DNA from: Naegleria gruberi
Taxonomy: Eukaryota
Assembly: GCA_000004985.1 (NCBI GenBank)
Contig: GG738915.1
Reading direction: 5' to 3' (one strand)
Length of the DNA stretch: 64,000 nt
In this document: piece after piece, positions 55,115 through 64,000 of the stretch
Position numbering within the stretch: the stretch's first letter is position 1
Layout of the letters: each line of letters opens with the position of its first letter
Program-made: the position numbers and the translations under genes
The notes under the pieces: model-generated
The model's input: the letters and a program-made list of their open reading frames with translations, nothing else
Database searches by the model: none
What the model was told of the DNA's origin: nothing

Positions 55115-56605
55115 TTATTTGTTGTAGAAGAGGGAATAACCGTAGATTAGTCTAAGGATAATGTTTGAGCTAGTTTCTTCCACCAATCCAGTATCAGTGT
55201 TGTTAAGGGGTTGAGTATTGGAGAGGAAGATTTGTCTAATGACTGGCTGTAGGGAGTTAGAAATGACCTGAGAGAGAGGAATCTTACTACTGTGAATATG
55301 GAGATAGTTGTATCCATTCTTGAGGGTTGTGAATTTAATTCCCTCATTTCTGCAGCCATTTAGATTAAGTAATTGATTAATGGGAAAGTTGTGAATGAGT
55401 ACCATGATGGAGGTGATGATTTTTCTTATGGAAACAATGCTAAAGAAGAGGAAAGAGAAACTCAAGTAATAAACTGCAACAGTTGGATAGAGGAATATGC
55501 AAATGGTAAAGAGAATGATGCCTAGAATGAGTTGATCATTAGAATAGTCCTCACAATTGTCCAATCTCTTCTTGAGCGGATTAGCCTTCTTTCCTCTAAA
55601 TAATCTCCACAATGAAAATATCAAATGAATGAGTTGGTTGTAGAGTCTTGAAATTATTCTGTAAAAGAGTAAAATATTGATCGATACAACAAGTAGCAAA
55701 TCACAAACAAGTGCCAACATGGTCGATGCTCCCATCAGGCAAGAGGAGGATATAGACCATATTAAAACTCTAAACAAATCTACTGTGAAAAAATCTGAGA
55801 GATAGTAAAAACCAAAACTCAATAGAGTTTGCCACCATCTCAATCCTCCGAGTGCCATTTGTCCCAATATGATATTCAACTGTTTGTTCAATTTAATACC
55901 TCCTGGATTACTGTCCTTTATCAACCATTCAAAGTGTTGAAACATGTTAATTAAAATGTACTTGTAGAGAGAAATAAATCGTTTTTTCAAATCAATTAAT
56001 GTTGATTCATCCAATTTCCAAACATGATAGATTATCAAAAATCCTAATATCAAATCTAAAATCATATTAAAAGACATTCCAATCCTACTAATATTCTCCA
56101 AATGTTTCTTCAATATACTCGAATTGATAGGAGTGTTAAATAGTGAATATTCTATTGCTTCTCTTCTCGCTTTGGAATTTCCATTATTTAAATGTTCTAG
56201 TGATGACAAAGTTTTCTCCTCATCACGATCCAAAGAATATTTGTACTTTGTATTCCTATCATAATAAATATAATAAATATTATTAATTGAATAATCATCG
56301 GAATGATCAGTGAGAATTATTCTCGAATTTTCAAGAGTAAAATTGAATTTTGAATGATATAATTTAGGAGTGGTAGTACTGCTCTGATGTAAATATCCAA
56401 TACTAGTTGATGGATCACTATTTGCAATCAAATCTTCTTCTGATGAAGCAAGTAATGGTTTTGCATCTTGAATGATAACATCCAAAATTGATTCACTCGG
56501 TTGTCTGATAATTCCTTCCACAATGTGTAGTTTTGAATTTTGTGTTATGCATTCCTTTTCAAATCCGAACGGTATGTAAATATTCAGAGAAAGCAATCGT
56601 GCCAT
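55115..56605 (-). CDS. PIGQ: PIG-Q/GPI1, a subunit of GPI-GlcNAc transferase
   Basis: Single 496-aa ORF with a true ATG at 56605. Family blocks: NPGGIKLNKQLNIILGQMALGGLRWW and LFRGKKANPLKKRLDNCEDYSNDQLILGIILFTICIFLYPTVAVYY. Several TM helices are present. Confidence 0.75.
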   Translation of the reverse strand: MARLLSLNIYIPFGFEKECITQNSKLHIVEGIIRQPSESILDVIIQDAKPLLASSEEDLIANSDPSTSIGYLHQSSTTTPKLYHSKFNFTLENSRIILTDHSDDYSINNIYYIYYDRNTKYKYSLDRDEEKTLSSLEHLNNGNSKARREAIEYSLFNTPINSSILKKHLENISRIGMSFNMILDLILGFLIIYHVWKLDESTLIDLKKRFISLYKYILINMFQHFEWLIKDSNPGGIKLNKQLNIILGQMALGGLRWWQTLLSFGFYYLSDFFTVDLFRVLIWSISSSCLMGASTMLALVCDLLLVVSINILLFYRIISRLYNQLIHLIFSLWRLFRGKKANPLKKRLDNCEDYSNDQLILGIILFTICIFLYPTVAVYYLSFSFLFFSIVSIRKIITSIMVLIHNFPINQLLNLNGCRNEGIKFTTLKNGYNYLHIHSSKIPLSQVISNSLQPVIRQIFLSNTQPLNNTDTGLVEETSSNIILRLIYGYSLFYNK

Positions 56606-56629
56606 TTTTTTACAATAACATTTAATTAT

Positions 56630-58391
56630 TTAATTATTAACTATTTGATAATCGGAGGAGGAATTATTATGATCTGATAAGAGAGATTCCTTATTTGAAT
56701 TAGAAACGGAGTGTGTCTCTTTCTTTTTACAACAACAATAGAAATTAGAGAATTCTTCTGAATCAAACTCAACATAACTCAAACAGAACAAGAAAGAATG
56801 AATGAAAAACATGTGAATGACAGAGTAGAAGAATCCAATTTCACCCAGGGATACATTTAGAAGGTTGATGATCATAATTCCAACGTTATAAAGGAATAAA
56901 CAACTCATGCCAAGAATTGACAATTTCAAACTCTTCAGATTGTGTTAACATATTTAAATATTGAACACATTAACAACTTACACTAGAGTGGAAGAGGCTC
57001 ACTTCTGTCAGCCTTCTCAACATTAAGAAAATGAAAATTATAAAGACTCCAAATATTGTTGGCAGGGCTATTCCAACAGCAAATAAGAAGGCTGACAGAT
57101 TCCTGTACCTATCGAGTAGATCAGTACTTGAAGTTATAATAATTACAAAAAGTGTAACTTCCAACACGAGTGCAAGAATTAAAACACAATATGTGATGAA
57201 AGGAGAGAGTATCCTTTTGTACTTGAACGAGTAAATTGTTCTCAGCCATTGTAAAACAACTGAAAGTAAGGTTTGTGTGATAAAAATCAGAGCCATACTC
57301 GTAAAAACAAGGACATAAATTTCCTCTGAAAATATGAGAAGCATACTGGCCATTAAATATGAAAATTCTGTCAGGCATATGAAGAGTGAAGTAAGTATTT
57401 TCATGTGTTGTCTCCTTAAATCTTTGAGTTTAGGTAGGAAAATCAAAACAATTGTTATAATAAAAAATAGAGCCATGAAGAATAAGTAAGCAAACTTTAC
57501 ACCAAGTCTGAAATTAGAAGTCATATAGTTATTGTTACATTTGAAAGAGAAGTACTCATTGTTTAAATTTCCAACACAATTACAAATATAGCAATATTGG
57601 CTTGAATATTGATTTGGAAGAATAGATGTTGTGTCCACAATTATTGGTAGTCCCAGCTCTTCAAATCCACAATAACTGATACTCGATGGAAAATATCTAA
57701 TCATTTTTTGAACTATTGGATCCACAATTGAACGAGTGTCCAAATTCCTTATGGGGGTGTCACTGCAATAATTGCAGAAATTAATCCACTCATAAATAGT
57801 TGTTTGGTTTTTAGTAATTCTATTAATTCTGGAAATGATATCATTTTCTGTTGAATTGAACAGCAAATCTCCACAAGTTATATTCAGTTTCGTCTCCCAA
57901 AATTTAATCTTTTCACATAAATTATATTTTCCATAAGGCGTAAAGTAAAACTCTCCATATAGATTAGAAAGCACACCAATATGAGAGATTGGAACGTGAT
58001 AACTTCTCGATATTTTAACTTCGTTACATTTGAAATCTCCATACTCTGAATTTCTAATAACCTCATTAGCAAATTTACTTTTATCCATCAAGATTTCATC
58101 CACATTCACACAATCAACAAAGTTACTTCCAATCGATCTCAAAGAATGATTTCCTTTTTCAAAGAACTTATTCTCGCTCCACATATTAACAGTTGAATGA
58201 TCACGTCCATTCCTATTGATCGTCCTAATTTCATTCCGATACAGTTGATAAAATAACATAGAGGGTGAATAGCATTCTGCCTTAAATAACATGACGATAA
58301 TTGCCATCATCAAGACGAATATTAAAACAAAATAACTTTTCAAAGATAATTGAATGTTCTCTCCACCTCCTCGGACGAGATATCTCATCAT
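56630..58391 (-). CDS. Seven-transmembrane receptor-like protein with a Cys-rich, N-glycosylation-rich ectodomain (GPCR-like topology)
   Basis: complement(join(56630..56932,56982..58391)), 1713 nt = 570 aa. The 49-nt intron is GTAAGT..GAAG in phase 0. It joins the 473-aa ORF (signal-anchor, ~270-aa ectodomain with >20 Cys, TM1-5) to the 99-aa ORF. That second ORF supplies TM6, TM7 and a post-TM7 CCC-KKK cluster. No family motif recognised. Confidence 0.6.
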
Positions 58392-58439
58392 TTTTTTTAA
58401 AAGGAAATACGCAAGCGTGATAAAGTATTATGTGTTAGT

Positions 58440-59249
58440 TTAATAAATGTACATTCTGTTGGTGGTTATGAAAACGGCATTGTAATAGTCCAATAATTCA
58501 GATCCGAAAATTCCCTCAACACCCTTAAAACAAGTCACCATGTAGGAGAGCTCACTAGGTAAGATGCCAAATTTCATTGTAAGATTGGCTGTTCCTTGGA
58601 ATAATTCACTCGAGTTTGAATCGCTATTTACAGTTACTGGAAGAGAGTAGAAATGTCCAACAAATTTACCAATTGATGGATGGAAATCGTCTTCCTCACC
58701 CAAATATCTCACTCCATTCACAGTGGAGCCATCAGTTGGAATTGAATCAAACCACTTCTCTGATCCATATGATAATTTAGCTCCAGTATCAAAGTACATT
58801 TTCACCTTTTTGAATGGAGTTGTTACTTGCATGATTGGCAGTGTCATTATTCTCTCCAGTGGAAAGCTAACCATTTCACAATCTATCGAATTAGCAGTGT
58901 TATGATTTTCCAACAACTCTGGTTCTGTTACTTGAGAACTGTAAAATGTCATTTTGGTTTTTCTAATCTCATAGCTGAAATTGCACAGGACATCATTACC
59001 AATAAGATAATCAAGTCCATGACCAATAAGCTCTCCAATTTTATGTGTTGATGCACCAAAAACAGGACTCTGCGAACTGAGGAAGGTGCACCCACCAAGC
59101 TCTAGATTCTTATGAGACGAAGAAAGAGTAACAGGAGAACCTGTATCAATCAATGCATACAAGACTGGGTCGTCTTGATGTTGTGGTATTTCAATAATGA
59201 CATGTCCATCTACAAAGAGCACTTTATAGCTTGTAATTGATCTGATCAT
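58440..59249 (-). CDS. Single-chain tandem retropepsin-like (two D-T-G lobes) aspartic-protease-like protein
   Basis: Single 269-aa ORF with a true ATG at 59249. Lobe 1: LYALIDTGSPVTL ... YLIGNDVLCNFSYEI. Lobe 2: KMYFDTGAKLSYG ... GIFGSELLDYYNAVFI. No signal peptide is evident. Confidence 0.6.
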   Translation of the reverse strand: MIRSITSYKVLFVDGHVIIEIPQHQDDPVLYALIDTGSPVTLSSSHKNLELGGCTFLSSQSPVFGASTHKIGELIGHGLDYLIGNDVLCNFSYEIRKTKMTFYSSQVTEPELLENHNTANSIDCEMVSFPLERIMTLPIMQVTTPFKKVKMYFDTGAKLSYGSEKWFDSIPTDGSTVNGVRYLGEEDDFHPSIGKFVGHFYSLPVTVNSDSNSSELFQGTANLTMKFGILPSELSYMVTCFKGVEGIFGSELLDYYNAVFITTNRMYIY

Positions 59250-59720
59250 TTTTTTTGCTTGTTATTGTCTGTTTTCATTCCAATGAATTGTTCTATTTTT
59301 AATGGAAAACTGATAACGTGCTGGAAAATGGTTCCGAGGTGTTGGCACGTCATTTCTATTAATGTAAGGTTCACTGCTGAAGATGGAACTAGCGTTTTTA
59401 AATTTGTTAAATCTTTACAAAATATTAAATAGTGTTGACAAATGCATACCCAAAGTGAACACCAGTATTGTTACATTTCATTCAAAAGGGTCATTGTGTT
59501 AACGTTGGTGGCGCTGATTCTCCAACACAACGACAAGAGATTCATAAATAGAAGTGTGAAACTGCAATAATGTATTACTCGATAGATTTATATGTACAAT
59601 TGTTACAAAGTAAAATAGTTTCCAGTTTAATACTTCTCCACACTAATTTACTCCAATAAAGTTCCATCATATCATTACTTTTGTTTTCCTTAGTGAAGCA
59701 CAAAAAGAATGATAGTCCAG

Positions 59721-61481
59721 TTAATGGGTTTGGTTCTTCTGTTTGGCAACATCAGCCATATATCTGGCAATTTGTTCACAAATTTCTTGGTCTGGGGTAT
59801 TGAGATACTTGAACACAAATGCGTGACTTAATAAATCTCTACATGAGTATCTATCTTCAGGCGATACTTTGAGGCAATTCTTGATAAAGTCTTCAAATAC
59901 TTCTGAATATCCCTTTCCTTCGAGTGGGTTCTTCGTTTCTACATTGTTAATTTCGTCCATTACATCGAAATAGGAACCAGATTTGAATGGGAATTCGCCC
60001 AATGCTAACTCCACCAATGTCACACCCAGAGACCAAATATCACTATTGTAGGAGTGAGGTTTTTCATTAATTCTCTCAGGTGACATGTACATGATTGTTC
60101 CTTGACATGTATTCCATACGTGTTGATTTCTTAGTCCGTATTTTCCTCCTTCGGTTACTTGGTTATTCTTTTTAAAAATACCTGTCAAACCCATATCACT
60201 AATTTTCACTTCACCATTCAGCTTGATGAGGATATTTGCTGGTTTCTATTTCAATATAAATTAAATAACAATTTCAATAAAATTATTACATACCAAATCT
60301 CTATGTACAATCTTTTTTCTAAAATGTAAGAAATACAAGCCTTTCAGCACTTGGAATGTAATCATTTCCAAAATTCTTTCTGGAATTTTAATTCCAGCAA
60401 GGGACTCTAAGGAGTTTCCATCCATATACTCTAATAAAATATTAATCTTATTATCTGCAAAGTTGGCATTGTAGAGCCTCAAAATGTTCGAACATTCAAC
60501 ACAATTATATAAAGTTGTAATTTCAGATAAAATTAATTTAGGTTGAATATCCTTTGCTAATTTGACAATCTTTTTGGCATATAATTTTCCAGTGTTATCT
60601 TTGACCAATTCAACTGTGGAACTTGCACCTTCTCCGAGTTTCTTAATAGTTTCCAAATCAGAAAATGACACAGAAGTAATCTTCTTTTGGCCATGTTTCT
60701 TCCTTTCAAAATGTAACAGATTGGCACCATTGGTTTGGTTCATGAAACGACTGGATTTTGTTGGTGAGGTGATAGATTCCAAATGATGTGTAGCTTTAAA
60801 TGGTGATTGGGATTGTGTTTGGGTACAAATTGTTGATGGCATATTTGTGATACCCTCCTCTGTAATTTTAACATCATCAATCCAAAAAGCACCAGAGGCA
60901 GTTATTTCATAATCTACTTGGGAGTAAGTGCCTTCATCATTTTTAGGTGGTGGTTTCAGTGGTTCTTCTGCTTTCGTCTCAACAACTTCTGCCTTGGTAG
61001 CGTTCAATAGTAAATTTGTTGGTTTGAATTTCTTTTGTTTCTTCTTCTTTTCAATTTTACCTTTTGGTTTATCCACGTTGTTTTGAATTTCTTCTGCCTT
61101 TGCTTCAATAATTTGTTTCTTGCCCATGCTCTCTCTCATGTGAGAGGAAAAGGATGGTGTGGAATTGTTATTGGCATTACTACTATTAACATCCACCGAG
61201 TGATTGGAATTATTAGCATTCAAGTCATCACTAGCAATCATTGCTGAGAAGAAAGTACTGGATGATCCCGATGAAGTTGGGGTAGGTGTTGAAACAAGCA
61301 TCGGATCATTGAATAAATCTAATTCTCCACCATCATTAACTGTTGTTGATGTTGCAGGTGTTTTCATATCAGTGAAGGATGCAAACAAATCCTTGGCAAA
61401 TTTGTCATCAAAAAACGTGTTGGATTTGTTGAGAGGTTGTTTCTGATTCTTGTCAGGACTATTGAAAAATTGGTTTATCAT
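59721..61481 (-). CDS. STE7/MAP2K-like protein kinase with a long low-complexity N-terminus and an expanded activation segment
   Basis: complement(join(59721..60245,60294..61481)), 1713 nt = 570 aa. The 48-nt intron is GTATGT..ATAG in phase 0 and splits HRDL|KPANILI. The ORF track start is a TTG; the ATG is at 61481. Motifs: LGEGASSTVELV, YAKKIV, HRDLKPANIL, DMG (in place of DFG) and GTIMYMSPE. There are ~30 residues between DMG and SPE. Confidence 0.7.
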
Positions 61482-61883
61482 TTTGATCAATGTGTTATTA
61501 CAAGAAATTCTTTCAAATATTATAATTATTACTATTGCACTATGAATATGTTCTTTTGTTACAGATTTAGAAGAACATGTGTTGCCGAGCTATTTTTATA
61601 TAAATGTAAAAAATTGAAAGCCTCCTCGATTTTCAATATTTTTTTCTTTAGACATATACAAGTTCCAAACGCCACTCGAACAGGATGTTCAAAGCTTTTT
61701 CTTCAGAAACACATGATCATTGATAATAGTTAGATTTGGAATAGATATTTTGATCTAAGAAGCAGTGTACACCAATAAATATGAAAATAATGAGCTTTAT
61801 TCTACTACACATGTACGTAATAGATGAATTTCAACAATTTTGACTTTATACCCATTACACTCTGTTATTTAGTTGTGACAACT

Positions 61884-63861
61884 TTATTTTATTTTGAGTT
61901 TCTCTTCCAACTCCTTGACTCTTTTCTTTAATTCCACAATTTCGTGTTTGAGTTGTTCATTCTCTTCAATAATTTGAGGAATATCCTTTAACTCACTTAT
62001 ATCCTTGTAATTATCCATTTCCTTAAGAATTTGATGAATTGGAATACTGTCACCTTTCAAAAAACCAATTACTTTGGATAGAATAGTCATGTGTGTGAAA
62101 CAGTTCAATCTTTTGGATGCATCTTTTTGAATCATGGTAATTAAACATTTCACTAAAACAACATTCACTCCCAACTCAGGATCAACATGTTGATCAATTT
62201 CTTTTTGAATTGCATGATGCAACTTCTTTTCCCTCAATAAATCTGTCAATACCAAATAGAAATAACTTCCATTATCTTTGAAATATTGATACTCTCCACC
62301 ATATTTTTGAAAATTAGAATCTTCCAAGAATTCTCTGTCCAACCTCAAACTGCAATCTGTCAAAAGTTTCAATAACATACATCCCAGTGAGAATACATCA
62401 CATGAAGTGGTAATATTTCCAATATTGTGAGCAAGTTTTTCACCATCCAGTAACATTTCTTCGTAATTATCATGTGAAACTTCAGGTGACATGTATGCAA
62501 ATTTTCCAACTGTTAACGTGATTGAGTTACCAGTCTTGATCACTTTGGCAATATCGAAGTCAATAATTTTGTAATATTCTTTCATTTTCACAACATTTTT
62601 AGGATCCAAATCTCTGTGTGAAATGTTATGGTCATGAATTGATTTCACTGCTTGTAAAACTTTAGTAAATATAGTCAACCTTTCAATCAGAATTCCTTTT
62701 GAAATGGATGCTTGTTTTTGATGTACTGTCCTTTTTCTATCGATATAGTCTGCAAGTGTTTCTTCTCCCAACTCCATAATCGAATACATGTAATTGTCAA
62801 TTAAATTACATTCATAACACTTAATTTTTCCTTCAATGTCATTTCTTCTGATAAATTGAATTCGTTCGCGAGATGACACTTCATCATATTCCTTCTCAAA
62901 CTTGATTTTAATGGCAATCATTTCATTAATCTTCTTACTAAATGCTTTTAATGCAACTCCTTCTCCTCCATGACCTAATACTGATATCATATCATATTCC
63001 TTGTTGGAGTAGTAATCGAATTGAGTAATTACTCTAATAATTTTTGAGAAATCTCCTCCAAGTTGTTTGTACTTTGTTAATACTTGTTTGTGATCTTCAA
63101 ATGTTTTGGCATTGCTTGTCCATTCATTGAAAAAGCAAAGTATTGTTCCAATCTCTTTAGTGAAATAATTTAATGTTTCAAACTTGGATGAAATATCCTG
63201 AATTATTGTTCTAATCTTGGAATAATTGGTTTGTTTCATTAAGGTTGATTGATTTTCCTCTAAAAATCTATCCAGTTTAAAACAAAACAAATAGTAATCA
63301 ATTGTCTTGATCGCACTACTTGAATGATTAACAGTTGGCTCTATAGAACACAGATTTTTCAGAATTTGTAAAATAATCATCTTTTCCATAAATTGGATTG
63401 AGTACGATCTTTGATTTAGGTTGAATATTGAAGTAATAGATTTGGGAAATGTATCTCGTAATTGTAAACAATAGTACAAATAGGATTCATCACCAAAATT
63501 ATTAGAGTACATTCCTATTAAATCTCTTGATAATTTGGTCAAGGTTGAATCGTTCTTAGATCTTTCAAATACAGCAAACCATTTTGAATTACTATTTTTT
63601 GCCTTTTCTTCATCAACTTGTGAGAGTGAGTACTGAAATGACAAATCGGACAATAAACTATCATCTGCAAACTCAATGGTAGACCGTGGGAGGTGAGAAG
63701 GATTGACAAATATTTTTATAAAAAATTTAGAAGTCACTCAAAAAACAAAAATTTGTTAAAGTCGAGCCGAAGGTTTATTGGACCAAGAGTGAGACAGTGT
63801 GTTCAAAGTATCAATTACCACTTGTTCTTCTAGAAACAAGTACTTCTGGGTTCTTGTACAT
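61884..63861 (-). CDS. Atypical protein kinase with an N-terminal unknown domain and a C-terminal coiled coil
   Basis: complement(join(61884..63736,63819..63861)), 1896 nt = 631 aa. The ORF track M is a GTG directly preceded by an in-frame TGA. A 43-nt upstream exon (ATGTACAAGAACCCAGAAGTACTTGTTTCTAGAAGAACAAGTG) with donor GTAATT, an 82-nt intron and acceptor TTGAG matches phase 1. Kinase motifs: LGHGGEGVAL, IAIKIK, HRDLDPKNVV, DFD (in place of DFG), AYMSPE. C-terminal coiled coil: EENEQLKHEIVELKKRVKELEEKLK. The exon 1 model is moderately supported. Confidence 0.65.
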
Positions 63862-64000
63862 GAACCTTCGCTTTAATGTACCAACAATTTCAAGTAAATG
63901 GGCAGGCACTTATCTAGATGATGTTTTGGTGAGGTGAATGTAGTAATGGCTGGTGAGGAAGGAAGCAAAGGGAGAACTCTCCTCATGGTGGCTTCTCAAG

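Noticed and set aside
56630-56929. The 99-aa ORF read as an independent small membrane-protein gene.
   Set aside because: Its listed start is a TTG. A GTAAGT donor two codons before the upstream ORF's stop, together with a phase-compatible acceptor at 56933, joins it in frame to complete a 7TM topology. I treat it as the last exon.
63821-63840. A near-palindrome CTTGTTCTTCTAGAAACAAG considered as a possible protein-binding site or hairpin.
   Set aside because: The symmetry is imperfect, with two different axes. The sequence falls inside the modelled exon 1 of the kinase gene, where it simply encodes VLVSRRT.
1-64000. Prokaryote-style features: operons, RBS-led genes, CRISPR arrays, defence islands, integrons.
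   Set aside because: Spliceosomal introns with GTAAGT donors, eukaryote-only gene families (dynein, PACRG, NEMF, PIG-Q, F-box, MAPK/CaMK) and monocistronic spacing show this is a eukaryotic chromosome. No direct-repeat/spacer arrays were seen.

Overview
This window is eukaryotic nuclear DNA, not prokaryotic. It is AT-rich (about one-third GC by eye) and very gene-dense: I model 27 protein-coding genes on both strands in 64 kb. Stops are mostly TAA. Introns are short and canonical GT..AG (41-97 nt, plus one candidate of 306 nt) and cluster at 5' ends. Many proteins carry N/Q/S/T-rich low-complexity linkers. The supplied ORF track uses bacterial start rules, printing TTG/GTG as M, so I re-derived ATG starts and splice junctions by hand. 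Every multi-exon model below was checked for frame continuity and total length divisible by 3.

Gene content, left to right:
- a 5'-truncated four-domain fusion enzyme
- a MORN-repeat protein
- two divergent tandem paralogues of unknown function
- a large unknown protein
- a NIT-sensor class III nucleotidyl cyclase
- a Zn(II)2Cys6 factor and a cluster-less tandem paralogue
- an ABCB half-transporter
- a MAPK with T-D-N in place of T-x-Y
- a TPR protein
- a REX1-type DEDDh exonuclease
- a small SAM-domain protein
- a CaMK
- a Myb/SANT protein
- a ~4292-aa inner-arm-type axonemal dynein heavy chain
- a ZIP metal transporter
- a RecA-fold (SWSAP1-like) protein
- NEMF/Rqc2
- PACRG
- an F-box/LRR protein
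- PIG-Q/GPI1
- a 7TM receptor-like protein
- a tandem-retropepsin-like protein
- a MAP2K-like kinase
- a further atypical kinase

The combination of axonemal genes, short introns, AT-richness and NIT-cyclases suggests a Naegleria/heterolobosean-type amoeboflagellate. That is inference only. I recognised no rRNA, tRNA, CRISPR array or autonomous transposon.

Most interesting observations:
- the aminotransferase-CoaB-aldolaseII-methyltransferase fusion (2-3115)
- a single -1 frame break inside the otherwise intact dynein gene, at an A5 run followed by a spacer and an 8-bp hairpin (42361-42405)
- two introns of the ABC gene sharing a 22/24-nt identical 5' segment
- a single-chain tandem retropepsin
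- a 266-nt AG-free tract implying a long intron
- a GC-rich ~515-bp inverted-repeat element

All domain calls rest on motifs read by eye. No database search was possible.
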